A DNA stretch of 64,000 nt from NCBI RefSeq assembly GCF_006345805.1, contig NC_043005.1:37758001-37822000 (forward strand), given 5' to 3'. Source of the stretch: Octopus sinensis (taxonomy: Eukaryota). Under the pieces are notes generated by a model, which had not been told where the DNA came from, searched no databases, and saw nothing but the letters and a program-made list of their open reading frames with translations. This document shows positions 38,006-52,141 of the stretch, piece by piece. How positions within the stretch are numbered: the stretch's first letter is position 1; each line of letters starts with the position of its first letter. The position numbers were made by a program, and so were the translations under genes.

Positions 38006-40009
38006 AATGCATTAGAATTAGTTTTGCCTTTATATGGTCTCTGCTAAGTTAAAATCATCTTTGGGTATGTGTTTTTGAGTTGGGTAGTAATCAGATTTTT
38101 ATGGAGAGGCGTTTTGGGATGATTTCTATTGATTAAATTTGGAGTTATATTATTGTTTATAATTTGCTCTTGCATGTAGAACTTTGTAAACAAGCCTGTT
38201 GGTGTTTCTCTTTTGTTAGGTAGGCACAAAGTTTGATAGTATTTTTGTTGCTTATAATATTATTCGGACAGCTCTGGACTATGGTAGAAGATGCTTGTCC
38301 ATCTTTGATTTCAATGTTTGTTTACATCTAACGTCTTGTGTATGAAACATAACAAAAATCAGTACTGGTTATAATTCCTATAGAATATCTGTAATGATAA
38401 TCTTAAGAAGCAATGTAAAAGCACACTACTAATGCAGTATAACATGGTATGGACTTATAGAAACATTTAGTATACCTCGTAATATATTATGGTTGCATGA
38501 CAAAATATTGAGTACCTACAAGTCATTAAACTTTTCAAGCTACCAAACAGTGAGACTAAACCTGAAGCCAAGCAACTGAAATGCAAACTTCTAACTATGC
38601 ATCCACCCTTGTGCCTATATTGAAATAAATCATTATAGAAAGTTTTCCATAGTTGTTTATGCTATTCTTGTTCTTATCTATTTAGATTTGTCATTTACAA
38701 TGCAAAACCAAGTAATATGCACTTTAAGAATGTTACCATCAAAAAGTGACAGTTGTTGGATTAAAATTTATTTTGGTCCTAATTTATTAAAAAAAGTTGA
38801 TGTTCAGATATTATTTTAGAAGAAAGAAATATGATAGATGCTGTATATAATGGAGCTTTATGCTTATTTGCTGTAAATTAATGCAGTAGTAGCATTAGGA
38901 TTTTAAATTCTTTTATAGTCAACTTTGCTTTCCATTCTTCATGAAATGGCAAAATTAAAATCAATGTTCCATTAAAATATAGAGGTCAACTGAATTCCTA
39001 TATTCCATCGTCTCTTTACAAAATTAACCCTCTGCTTGTTTAAAGGTAATTATGTATTTACTGTTATCCTTGGAGATGCAATGATGCAGCAAAAGTTATT
39101 TGCTTATCTGGACATTGTTATTTTGAATGATTCCTCTGTATTTTCAAAGCTTTTGGGAAAGGCATGAAAGTCTTCTATGCTTCTTTTTTAACTCCTCATT
39201 ATTCTAATATTTTATATTCCTATTAGCAAGCAATCATTATCTGCTTTTTCCTCTTGTATATTCTTAGCTGTTCTCTTAGCAGGTCTAAACCTTTCGTGGT
39301 GGGGAGATTTCTTATATCCAAATTCCTTACCATATAATACAAATTCCAATATTCTCTGGCATGGTTCACCAAGGTCATGTGCATTTGTTATTGGATTTGT
39401 TCGCCTTTGATCTCAAACTTTTATTAAACTATAGAAATTTAATTAAGACTGCCTGCATTTCTCTATCTTCTTTTAGCCCTTTCTGTTTTCTAAAGTCTTC
39501 TGGTATCCAAATAATTAGAATTCAGCAAACAATGTCCAGCAGTTTTGAATATTGTATTTGGACGTACAATAGACTAAACAATGCTATTTAGTTGTTGGCA
39601 CTTTAAAACATTGCTTCAGTCAGATCAGAACAGTTCAATGTGGTGCCAAGTTCCTTTCTTTTTGTTTCCCTCTGTTTTCTTTGAAATTTCTACCAAAGTT
39701 AATGCATTGTCCATAGACATTGCACGTAGATTTTCTTTTTCTTTTTTTTTTTGCCCTTTGACAGAAAGTTCAAATAAAATACAACATGTTATGTAATTAT
39801 AAATGGTAGAATTGCAGCAAGATAATATCCAAGAAAGAAATCAGTAAAACTGTGAAGATCTTTAGCACAAATGACTTGAATGGATATAATATTTCATTTT
39901 AGAGTTCATATGGAACACATAGTAAACATGGCCCAGCTTGTTGTTGATGTTGGTGTTCTCTTTAAATAAAGGGAAGCTTGCTCCAAACAAGCTGAACTCT
40001 GTATTCATT

Positions 40010-40190
40010 ATTTACTATATTTCTGAAAATATCAAAGAGTTTAGCAAAATAACTTTGTCATTAAGCTAGTGTTTGCAATATCAATTAACATGAAATTTTT
40101 AATGAAAGGTTTTACTTTAGATCATCTGAAAACAAATTTTGTATTCTGAAACCAGGAGTGGTCCCAGGCTTGTTGGTATCAAAAGGCTAA
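40010..40190. mobile_element. MITE family E, degenerate, opposite orientation to 59205-59435
   Basis: tttagcaaaataactttgtcatt..attaacatgaaattttt..ggtatcaaaagg. Confidence 0.6.
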
Positions 40191-40721
40191 AGAAATATTT
40201 GCTTTGAGGGTGACTCGGTTGCCATTCCTAGTAGTTTGAGCTACTCTACTGAGGCTCCTCTAGTAGTCAAGCTAAAGTGATGACTAAGTTGTTTTAACAT
40301 TTAACATGTGTCCTTCCTACAAATTTTGAGAACATAACATTCTGCTAATAGCAAAACTGTCATGGAGACTGTCATTTGATGATTAACAAATGTCTGTAGA
40401 ATTTTACTAGAAACAAAATTGATTGTCAAAAAGAATTTAATATTAGGGTCGATATTATTAGAAAGTTTCATATTTGAAAGAGAGCATCTTGTAAATAATT
40501 CAGCATTCAGATTCCACAGGGGTTAATTTTTGTCTTTAATCCTCCTTTGACTGATAAACTTGGCTGAAACAGCTGCAGCAGCATTTCCTTTTGTCAAGGA
40601 TGCCTTTTTCAAACTTTTTAAACACTGGAGTTATTCATTTGTGATTTTCATTGGTGTGCAGAAAGATGGTTTGATCCTCACAGTACTTGAATTTCAAAGC
40701 CCTTGTATCCATAGCTCAAGC

Positions 40722-40895
40722 CATCATCCTCAATATCCCTGTTCCATGTTGACAAAGGTTGGATGATTTGACAGGATCCAACGGGTCAAAGGACTGCATC
40801 ATGTTCCAGTGTCTGCTTTGACATGGTTTCTATGGCTAGATGCCCTTCCTATTGCCAACCACTTTATGGCATGTACTGGGTACTTTTCTTATGCC
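40722..40895 (-). mobile_element. Degenerate RTE 3' tail
   Basis: ggtttctatggctagatgcccttcctattgccaaccactt. Confidence 0.6.
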
Positions 40896-40954
40896 TCCAT
40901 TAGCTAGCAAGACTCTGAACCCCAAGAGAGGTAAATTTGTGAGAGGATGAAGAG

Positions 40955-41181
40955 TTAACCTATGAGCATTTAAACCAAACAGATCCAGCCCAAAATATAC
41001 ATCATGCTTTATGTTCAAAACAATCAAATCTGGCCTTTCACACTTACTCTAAAATGTCATTCTAAAGATATAGTCACCTTATTGAAATCTTGAAGCTACG
41101 AAATAACATGTGATTAATTCAAAAATTTGTGAATAAATAAACAATAAATGTAATAGAGTAATCTGAATGCTAATGGGTTAA
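40955..41181. mobile_element. TTAA-flanked MITE family F
   Basis: ttaa|cctatgagcatt ... aatgctaatggg|ttaa. Confidence 0.75.
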
Positions 41182-41729
41182 AGAATGTAGGAAGAGACTA
41201 GAGCAGAATAGGTTTTTCTGCAGTATAGGATCTACATAGCTACTCACATCATAGAAGGGAAGGTGGGGTTTGATTGCAGTAGACATGAGAAGAGATAGAT
41301 GTGGTGGTAATGGGGTGTCTATGTAGACCCTCAAAGTAAAAAATAAGTAGAAGTAAATGAGGTTAGAGAAACCGGGAATGTGATCGACTAGATTTTGTCA
41401 GAGTGTAGTGAGGCGAGATGGGTAATGGGTGACAGGTGTGTGTAAATATAATGAATGAAGAACAGGTGTTGAGAGGGGGGGTGTAGTGAATGATGGATAA
41501 TATGATTGTAGAGAGGTGCTGGTGCTGAAATTTGTCATGGTCCACCTTGGCATCTTCTCATAATGTGTAAAGGTTGAAGACATAGTAATTGGTAAGATCT
41601 ACATCCTTAGGCAGAAGGTAGAATTTTAACTCAGTGCACAAGGGGCCCAAACAAGTACCATATGAAATCATGTTCAATTCTCTAACAATTTTGCAAAAAT
41701 CTACTTTTCTTCCCACCAATCTATTGAAG

Positions 41730-41945
41730 GCATATGGCTTGATGGTTAGGGTGTTGTATTCATGATCATAAGATTGTCATTTCGATTCCTGAACCAGGTA
41801 GTGCATTGTGTTCTTGAGCAAAGCATTTCATTTCACATTGCTCTAGTCCACTCAGCTGACAAAAATGAGTAATCCTGCAACGGAGTGATGTTTCATTCAG
41901 GGAGGTTATGATCTTAGCCATTTATATACCATGGAAATGAAATAA
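41730..41945 (+). mobile_element. SINE family G
   Basis: tggcttgatggttagg A-box-like, ttcgattcc B-box-like, tgttcttgagcaaagcatttcatttcacattgctctagtccactcagctg. Confidence 0.75.
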
Positions 41946-42039
41946 CTGGCTTTATGAGTTCTAGGAATCCAGGCAGATCTTTTGGCTACAAGACCTTTCT
42001 CTTCCCTTCCCACTAAAGTGGTAAAGTTACTCATTGAGT

Positions 42040-42160
42040 TTGGGATAATAAAAGACCAATGGTCGCCTTTAGTAGGATTTGAACTCAGAATACGAAGAGC
42101 CAGACCAAATACTGCAAGGTATTTAAATTGACACTCTAATGACATTACCAGTTTGCTACC
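42040..42160 (-). mobile_element. SINE family C, degenerate
   Basis: ggatttgaactcagaa reverse B-box-like motif and accagtttgctacct head. Confidence 0.55.
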
Positions 42161-44611
42161 TCTAAAATAAATAGACCTGGTACAAATATAAAGTTGTTTT
42201 TCTTTATCTATTAACTATATTAGTTCTCCAGTAAAATTACTTAGGTATTTTAGTCATAAGAAATGTTTTGAAATCTAGCCAACATTGATAAATATGTATT
42301 CTATATTAAAACCATTTTAGAATGCCAACTGTTTCACAAGAAACACTTCTTATATTCTCAGCAAGAACTTGTAGTAATTTGTAGTATTGGTGTTTTGGTG
42401 GTAGTGGCATTGTTTTTTTGATAAATGTTTTTCTTTTGCTTTTTCTATAAGCGATTAATTTTTTTTCTATATATATTTATGTGTGTGTATGTGTGTGCAT
42501 GTGTGTATACACATACATATTCACCACAAAGCATATGTGTGTGTGTAACATATTCTGTGAAAGAGATTAAGAAAATAACATTTTTAATTTGTCATTTTTT
42601 TCCTTTCTTTCCACATATACAAATCATGCCATGAACTTGCTTGTGTATTTGTGTACATGTAGGTATGTTATTCTGCAAGTACAAGTTCACATGCCTTAGT
42701 GTAGCTGCATATATATACACACACACACACACAAACACATTCCCATTCACAGATATTTACACACACACACATATATAACTTATTTTCACAGCAGGATGCT
42801 GGCATCAATACTTCGAACATTATCCATTTTTTAAAATTCATTTAATAATATTCTATTTATATCAAATTAACTTCATAAATCACATAAACATACAACATAT
42901 TAGTATATTCCTTGCTTATAGGGGCTGGCGAAACCCTCCCTTCCCCTCTCTCTCTTGTTGGTTCCTGCACATATATTGCTGCACACTTTTACTTATGTCT
43001 TCTCTTTTCTTTCCATCCGTTTTTGTTTGCGGGGTTTGCTTTTAATGCATTATAAAACACATAAATATACAAGTACGTTTTGACTGCGAAAAAGAAAAAT
43101 ACCTCCGCTCTTTTCCTCCCAAATCAATACAACTGCTCGGTTCCCACGGATATTAATCTAGTACCTGATGTTATGGGATTGTGACTAATGAAAGCAAAAC
43201 GCGAGTCAGGAGAAAGAAGAACTGGCATAATGATCACATACTAACCCTCTCCACTTCCATAACTCCTTTTACCACTGTATCATTGCTTTTCTCATTTATT
43301 TGGCAATCATTAAATTACTTCTTGTTTTATTTCAATGTTTTCCAATGTATCCTGGAAACCAACACTTTGCTTTAATAGCCAAACCTCTCTCCTACTCGCC
43401 TGATTTTTCCCTTTTATTTTCACCAATGCTAATGTGCTTGGAATTGTCAAGACTGCATCAAAGCCATTTTACAAAAGTAGGGGTTAGTTGAACCCAAATG
43501 AACTGTATTGATATATTAAATATTTATTGGTATATTATAATAATAAATGGAACATTCACATCATAAATACTATGGCTATTATGGAGATGAAATTTTTCTA
43601 ATACTTATAAGGTGTAGAATATTATTTTTGTTGATATTTCTTTAGGTTTCAACTATTTAATGTGTACTTATTTCTCTTTCCCCTTTCCTGTAGTATAAAA
43701 TGTCAAAGTTACATAGCGTAGACCAAGTGCAATAAAAATGCTATGTTATTATTTTAAGAATTATATTTATTTAGTTTAAGTTCATTTAAAAAGAAAATTT
43801 CCTATTAAAAATGAGTAATACATTTTTTTTTTGCTGTATATGATATAGCAGGGCAGCAGTGTTTTCCAATTTTACAACACACAGTAATAAAGTGAAGAAT
43901 GTGTTTGCCATTATTATGTATACAATAAAGAAAGTTTTATATATAGCTATATATATTTTTTTCATCCTTATCCCCCATCCATCCACCTCCATCTCTCAAC
44001 TTCCTTTTGCTCACCTATTTACCACTCACCTCTTCTTAAAGATAACAAGTACTCAGGGCATTAGTTTAATCAAATACACAACTAGTACGCACAACTAGTA
44101 AACCAGTATTTGTTAGAATACCATCAATGGCATATATATGATAATTCATTAAGATGATAAATTGTTCACCAAGTATTGTAATGAAGAGAGGTTTTTTGTT
44201 TTTTTTTCTGAATATCACCCTCTGGAAATGGATACAGCCCATCCAATATAATAGTTCAAAGATGTTCTTGGTAAATTAGTTCAGAGATAATAATTGCTTT
44301 TTAGCCACAGTTAATAAAAGTTTGTAGATAACAAAATACAAGGTACAGATTTGATACAGTTTTCACATAAATTACATGTTGAGACAGTCTCAGCTGACTG
44401 TATTTGACAAATGCTAATGTGTGTGTGCATGCGCGCGCGCACGTGTGTGTGTGTATGTGTGTGTGTATTTGTGAGAGAGAGAGTGAGAGGGGCAGTCAGA
44501 GAGACAGACAGACTGTCCATAACAAACAACCTTCTACATTACTGTTGTAATGTTTTTGAGTGTGAATTACTGACCAATGTGTATGTATGTGGTATGTGTG
44601 TGTGTGGATTT

Positions 44612-44770
44612 CAAAAGGCTTCTTTCAGTTTCTGTCTACCAAATACACACACAAGGTTTAAGTCAGCCTGGAATTATAGTAAAAGAGATTTGGTCATGAT
44701 GCTACATCATATGACTGAACTCACACCCACATTTTTGGGAGGTAAATTTCTTAACCACACAGCTGTGTTT
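44612..44770 (-). mobile_element. SINE family A left half
   Basis: ggcttctttcagtttctgtctaccaaat..ttcttaaccacacagc. Confidence 0.7.
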
Positions 44771-45578
44771 GCATCTTTTATGCTTAGGTATTCATAATTC
44801 ACAAACTGGCAGGGTTTGTGCATATTTGTATGAAAAATAATGGTTTCATCTGAATATGCAAAGACAAACATACAACACATCTCACAAGCTATTCATAGAG
44901 TAAATTTTAAAACATGAAATAATATAGATGTGAAATAGATTTCAGAAGATAATGTTTTTGAAATTTATAAGGAAATATACTCTAAGAAACAGGGTTCTCT
45001 TTTATTTATGTGCTATTTTTGAATATGTTAATTTCTTTATAGCATTTGAATTTTTGTATTTTGCAAGATTCTTGCCATAAAAATGTGTTGAAACAGGTAT
45101 AGCAACAGCTGTTGTTGCATGTTGGCAGGGTCATTTAGTCAATAAGATGACATGCACTGATTCTATTTCACTTATTGCTATTATCATTAGTCAACTAGTT
45201 AACTAATTAACTTGTTTAATTATTTGATTAGTCATTTAGTCAATTAATCAGCCAGCTGGTTTTTCAGAGTCCTTTGAAAAGAATGTCATTGATGAATTTA
45301 CAAGTGGCATCAAAAGAACTTTGACAAGCTAGAGATTAATTGATATAGTAATTAATTAAGCATTCAATTAGTTAATTGGTTAAATGATTAACTAGTTGAT
45401 TAATAATAATAACAAGCATGTGTTCCTTATAGGCAACATAATTCTTTTCTATTTTGTCATAAAGTTAGAAAAACTATGGATACAAGCTAAGTAAAATTGT
45501 GGCCATCCATACCTACATGCTCTCCCAACACTCATATACATAATTCTGAATTTGTTTGATGGAAACTCTAAAACACCC

Positions 45579-45637
<59 letters not shown>

Positions 45638-46680
45638 AAGAGAGAGAGAGAGAACAGGAAGGATTTGTGTCAGGATGACTCAGTGTTCAAATAGGTGCGC
45701 CACCAAATTTTCAGTATGAAGAGCAGTTAAAGTTGTGGTTATGTGATTGCCTTGTTCAAAATTGCTAGAAGTGGGTTCCCTTTGAGTCAGAAGATGTAGG
45801 TTAAAGTAGTGAGAAAAGTCAAACAATTAGGCAAGGCTTGATAAGTACATTTAATTTGGTTATAAAACAAGGTTTCAACTATAGATTCATTTAATCCATG
45901 TTAGCAAAGAAAATCAGATGCAATAATTAACAAATATGCTATTTCTGTGATATTTCTAAGGTTTCACATTCAATTTCCAGATTTTTCAAGATCAGATATC
46001 GTTTTCTTATATTTTGAGACTTTCACATATTGTTAGAGCAATTTTTTTTCTATATTTTTCTTTCTTTTTTTACAATTGGTTGCCCTTTCTACTCCTAAGC
46101 ATTCAACTGTGAACATTAGAGGAGTCAGCTATTTTTTCAAATACTCTGACTTGCACACATCAAAACAGCTGTGACACTATGATGTACACAGAGAGAAATA
46201 AATAAATAAATATAGAAATTAAGAAAAGAAATAAGTATTCTATCTGTTTTTCATAAAGTAAAATTTCTCTGTTGAATATTTCTAAGTAAAGAAGAATCTT
46301 CAGTCGACCATTAGAATTCTACAAAGAAGAAGAAAAAAAAGCTCAGAAGAACAACAAACTTTTGTTTTATTTTCATTGTTTATTATTTAGGTTTCTTACT
46401 TCACTGTTGTGCTTCATTTCAAATGATTTCTATTTGGCTTTTTGTCTTTACTTTCTTTTTTCATAATATATTTTATTTGTGTTTTTGACTATTCTCTATT
46501 TCATTGTGATGTACAACTGAGTTTCTTAATATTTAATAACTGTAGGCCTACACACATACACACACATACATATAGAGATACATTTAAATGCATAGACATA
46601 ATGTGTGTGTATGTGTATGTGTGTGTTTGGAAATATGTTCTCTACACTCACATATGCATATGCATATAGAGATAAATCTG

Positions 46681-46746
<66 letters not shown>

Positions 46747-46877
46747 AAAATGTACTTTCTACACATAGATGTATGCACACATCTATGGGGAGAAATTCAA
46801 ACAAATATGATGTTACATATGGAGAGATAGATAGATACATGCATACATATGTACATACATACATACATACTGCATAC

Positions 46878-46921
<44 letters not shown>

Positions 46922-47220
46922 TGAAAATATATTCTCTACATACAAATATACACACATATAGATATATATGTGTGTGTGTGTGAGTGTGTTTGAAAATATG
47001 TTCTCTTATCAGTAAACACAAGCATACACACACACATGCACACAAATGCATAGGGCAAATCACATTGAATTTCTAACTTAAATAAATTCCACACTTCAGA
47101 AAACAGTTATTAACAACCCCAGCCCAACTCTGACCAACCGGCCGCTCTGCCTCCTCCATACTCCACTTCCTCCATTCAAAAGAAATTACTGACAATGAGC
47201 AATCTGCTCATGTTGTTTTG

Positions 47221-47350
47221 ATGCTTTATCATTATTTTTATTATTATCATTATTATTATTGTTGTTGTTATCATTGTTTATATTGTTATTATTATCATTA
47301 TTGTTATCACTATTCAGTATTCTTTTTCTCTATTATTATTATTATTATTA

Positions 47351-47408
<58 letters not shown>

Positions 47409-47420
47409 TATTTATTTATT
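47221..47420. repeat. Degenerate then pure (TTA)n tract
   Basis: Direct reading. Confidence 0.9.
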
Positions 47421-48159
47421 TTATATATAATCTTTCTGCTGGCACTTGCTAAAACCTTCTGAATTGTATTTTCCTATCATTTTTTTTTTGGTCTTGTTTT
47501 TGTTATAATTTTATATTGTTTGTCTTTCTTTATGAATGAAATTCAATATACACCAGTAACCCAGACACATATTAAGGCAAAGATATTGAATGAGCTACAA
47601 ACACAGAAAAAAAAAATGTCTTCACTTATTCAGTGGTTGGGTTTGGAAAGATAATATTAAAATTTTAGATGGGTGAGTTGGTGCATATGGTTGAAAGCCA
47701 AACTAGATGCTTCACTGCAAATGAGTAGGGGTTAAGTCTGACATTTAGCCATGTAGCAAATAGAAAAAAATGAAAATAATGCAGAAAACATGCATATGCA
47801 CACAGAGATTCATATGAGCATACTTGTAGAGAAACATACATACATACCTATAGTCAAAATTACATTCACATACACACACAAAGAGACTCACATAAGCACA
47901 GTCACACTCACACACACACACACACACACACACTTTAATATGCACAAACAGATAGTCAGATACATAATTAAATAAAATGATGACATATTTACAAACTGGG
48001 CAGAGAGGAGCAGTCCAAATGCTTTCAGCTGTCAAACTTGAGTTTATTCGTTAAATTTCTTATCATTTGGGGGTTTGAGTTGACTTTATATTCTGCTAAG
48101 ATGATCATTACCACCATCATCGTCATAATTTTTTTTACTGTCCAGACAGAATTTATTGA

Positions 48160-48562
48160 GTTAGATTTTCTATATGTTGGATGCCCTTTCTGTCACCAAA
48201 CCTCAGCAGTTCTTAAGCAAAATCATACTTCCTCGTGACCAGACATATTTTCATGGAAGACTGGAAATAACTTAACATTATTTGTATGATGCATGCTAAC
48301 AACTATTGTATAATATCCGGACAAGTATATACATACATACATGCATACATATTTGTATGTATTAGATATTAGTGATAAGAGCAATATGATTACCGAATAG
48401 TAACCTTCACAATCTACTTATGGCAGTGAGCTGGCAGAATCATTAGCACAAAGCAAAGTGCTTCGTGGCAATTTGTCCATCTATATTATTTGAGTGCTAA
48501 TTCTGTGAACTGACTTACCCCCTGCCCAGAATTGTTGGCCATGTGCCAAAACTTGAAATCTT
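48160..48562. mobile_element. Family D fragment (48160-48320) followed by partial SINE family C (48420-48562)
   Basis: ttggatgccctttctgtcaccaaacc; ggcagtgagctggcagaatcattagcac. Confidence 0.55.
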
Positions 48563-48689
48563 TACATTCTACTTAACATGAATGTTTTATAAGGACATCA
48601 TAATACTGCTAGAGTCACCCTGAGAAAGTCTTTTGAATAGCTGTCTAGTGTATAAAAGCACAGAGCTATCAACCATAGCTGAGAAATTT

Positions 48690-49330
48690 TAAGTACCGGT
48701 GGAGGAACTGTTGTATCCTGATGTCAACATGTGTTGTAGCTCAGCAACAGATATCTGCTACAGCTTTATAGTACTCCTGTAATACATCCTCGTTAAGTAA
48801 GATATAAAGGTTGCTATTTGGTAATAATATTTCCTCCATTGCTAATATCTAATTTTTAACCAGTTTGCTGGCTGTACAAGCTCTGGTCTACCCTGTCCTG
48901 CTCTACAGTTGTAATACTTTGACACTCTCTAGAGTCCTTAGGAACCACCTGAATTTCTTTGGTACGAGGATGTTTCATGGGATAATGGGTTATGATTGGT
49001 CAGATTTTGTATCCAGCCATTGACTCTACTCAGAAACTGGGATGCATCCTGTTATTTGTATGCTTTGGTAGCACCAGCTCAAACTGTTTGGCCATAGTGC
49101 TAAATTTTCTGAGTTAGACCCTGATTACCATGTTCCCTTTACTGAGGATCCAGCTGGGTTGATGGCTCATGTTGATGAACCACATGCCACATGGTCATGG
49201 TAGACAAGAAGGTATCTCATAGAGATGGGGACTGACTGGGATTCTGCTTGACAGATTGCCTGTGGGATGACCCAAGGATACACCAATAAGTGGTGAATGC
49301 TGCAGTGTGCTGAAACATGCTCCAACATCT
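48690..49330 (+). mobile_element. Old RTE-clade LINE RT C-terminal remnant
   Basis: VQALVYPVLLYSCNTLTLSRVLRNHLNFFGTRMFHGIMGYDWSDFVS resembles the RTE ..LVLPVLLYGCETWTL..RLDSFG..LRRIMGYRW.D pattern; many stops. Confidence 0.55.
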
Positions 49331-49630
49331 GACCTGACGTAACTAGTTGTTAGTGGCACCAGTTACTGAATAGTCACTGGTTCTCTATATATCAGTAGAA
49401 AGAGTTGACTAGCATGTGGTGTTAGTGGATGCTTTTTACTGATGACACATGACACACTAAAATCATGTGCTACAACATTTCTGCCACAAATGCTTGTTGT
49501 TTCTCATCTGCAATTGGTATCTCTGGTTTTTTTATACTCTATGTACCTATAAGAGAGACTGCCTCTGAATACTGCAGTACTGTGGTGCTTCTATAATCTA
49601 TAATACAACCACATTAAGCAAAATATAAAG

Positions 49631-49701
<71 letters not shown>

Positions 49702-50884
49702 ATATATATATATATATAAATTAGAAAAAAAATCCACCTTTAATCAATTCAATAATGAAAAATTAAATTATACCATCTATTATATTTTGTGAAATTTGAT
49801 TTAGTATTTCTAAATTGAATTTTCCCCTGTAATTTTGGAATAATATTCCCTCATATTATACATATATATATATATATACTTTTATATCTCTCAGCTCAAA
49901 GGCTACGGCCATACTGGAGCACAATGGCTATTCTTATGTGAATGGCTTTTTGTGAAGGTGGGAGTTAAGTATTGTTGCCCTCTTTTGAGCTACTTATATG
50001 TATGTATATATATATATATACATATGGCAGTCTTGTTTCAGGTTCACTCTACACATCTACTCATAAGCTTTTGGCAAGCCCAGGGCTACTGTTGAAGGTA
50101 GAATGTCACACTATGGGATTGAACCTGAAACTTCATGGCTGGGAAGCAAACTTCTAAACCATACAGGCATGTCTGTAATATTTGGGATTCAAAACAATTC
50201 ACTATAGGTTTTTTTTTTTTTTCGCGTCCAGATTTTGTATCAGAAAACTTACAGAAATATATGTGTGTGTGTGTGTGGTGTGTGTGTGTGTGTGTGTGTG
50301 TTTGTGTGTGTTTGTGTGTGTGTGCATGTGAGGCTTTTTTAAGTGTAATACTCAAAAGTTGTATTGATAAGATATTGAATTTCCAATAACAAGATCATAA
50401 GTTCAAAATCCACTACAAAGCTTGTACAGCTCTAAGCCTTTCATTCTTCTTACTTCACTTAACACAGTTTACCATTCTCTTTAAATAGTTTAGCTGATTA
50501 GCCTAATCAGCTGGATTTGAAGTTTCCTCTAAAATCTCTGGCGCCATCATATTTATTGCATTTGTATGATCATCATCTTCTTCACCTTTTCCCTTATTCC
50601 AAATGACCTGTTATTCACAAATAATTCTTTATTATTTCATGCAGATCACACAAATTACCTTATTGTTTCATCGTTAAACTATATTATATCCTTCATTTAA
50701 AGTTATCAACTGCTACCAGATATTTCCATTTTCTGTCGATGTGAATTCTCCACACGCTATTCAATCGAGGCTTGGCAATCTATTTAGCACTAAGCTACTA
50801 TCGTTATATATTTATTTATAGAAAGATTAACCATATTACTTTCTTAAGTCACTCAAATAATTTCCAACTCCAATATTTTAGGAT

Positions 50885-51218
50885 GGGTGTGTAATTAAAA
50901 TGCTCTCTTTAAAACCATGTGATTTGAGGTTCAGTACCACTATATGGCACTTTAAGGAAGTGCCTTCTATTTTTGACCTGGGCTGACCAGAGTGAATTTA
51001 GCAGCTGGAAACTGTGTGGAAGCCGACTGTGTAAATATATCTATATATATCTTTAGGAGCAGGTGGGGCTGTGTGGTAAGATGTTTGCCTCCCAACCACA
51101 TGGTTCCAAGTTCACTCTCACTATGTGGCACCTTGGGCTAGTGTCTTCTACTGTAACCTCTGATCAACCAAAACCTTGTGAATGGATTTGGTAGAAGGAA
51201 ATGGAAACGAAACCTGTC
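50885..51218 (+). mobile_element. Two SINE family A left halves (50885-51030, 51055-51218)
   Basis: gggctgtgtggtaag..aaccacatggttccaagttc..ccttgggctagtgtcttctac. Confidence 0.75.
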
Positions 51219-51220
51219 AT

Positions 51221-52025
51221 ATCATCATCATCATTGTTTAACATCTGCTTTCCATCCTGGGATGGGTTGGACGGTTTGACTGAGGACTGGCAAGCTGTGA
51301 GGCTGCACCAGGCTCCAATCTGATCAGGCAAGGTTCCTACAGCTGGATTCTACTGTCAGGCAACACTGGCATTGGCCACATTTGAATGGAACTTTTTACA
51401 TGTCACCAGCACAGGTGCCTGTCGGGCCACACTGGCACTGGCCACGACTATGATTCCACTTGGTTCAACAGGTCTTCTCAAGCACAACATATTGCCTGAC
51501 AATTAAGGGGTACTTTTAAACAGGTCGGTTATGCGACAATGTCATCGGCCATAGCTACGATCTCATTTGGCATATCTCCAAAGGTCTCAGTCACTTGTGA
51601 GACCCAAAATTCAATGGTCGTACTTCACCACTTTATCCCATGTCTTCCTGGGTCTACCTCTTCAACAGGTTCCCCTCACTATTAGAATGTGACACTTCTT
51701 CACACAGTTGTCTTCATTCATACACAACACATGACCATACCAGCATAGTTGCCTCTCTTGCAGACCACATCTGATACTTCTTATGTCCAACTTTTCTCTC
51801 AGGGTGCTTACGCTCTGTTGTGTATGCACACTGACATTACACATCCAGCAGAGCATACTGGCTTCATTTCTTTCAAGCCTATGCATGTCCTCAACATTCA
51901 CAGCCCATGTTTCATGGGTGTGTAGCATGGCTGATCACACACAGGCATCATAGAGTCTACTTTTCACTCTGAGCAAGAGGCCCTTTGTTATCAGCAGAGG
52001 TAAAAGTTCTCTGAACTTTGCTTAG
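51221..52025 (-). mobile_element. 5'-truncated RTE-clade LINE: RT C-terminus plus 3'UTR plus (GAT)n tail
   Basis: AKFRELLPLLITKGLLLRVKSRLYDACV*SAMLHTHETWA..RLERNEASMLCWMCNV..LCWYGHV..RGRPRKTWDKVV, continuing into the UTR shared with the other tail copies. Confidence 0.9.
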
Positions 52026-52037
52026 GTTATTCTTATA

Positions 52038-52075
<38 letters not shown>

Positions 52076-52100
52076 CATACATAAATGATGATGATGATGA

Positions 52101-52137
<37 letters not shown>

Positions 52138-52141
52138 AACA

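Noticed and set aside
39230-39600. Possible old LINE coding remnant on the minus strand (NAHDLGEPCQRILEF..)
   Set aside because: Similarity too weak and interrupted to assign without a profile search.
49900-49920. gctacggccatact resembling the 5' end of 5S rRNA
   Set aside because: It is the reverse-strand tail of SINE family A; no further 5S similarity.
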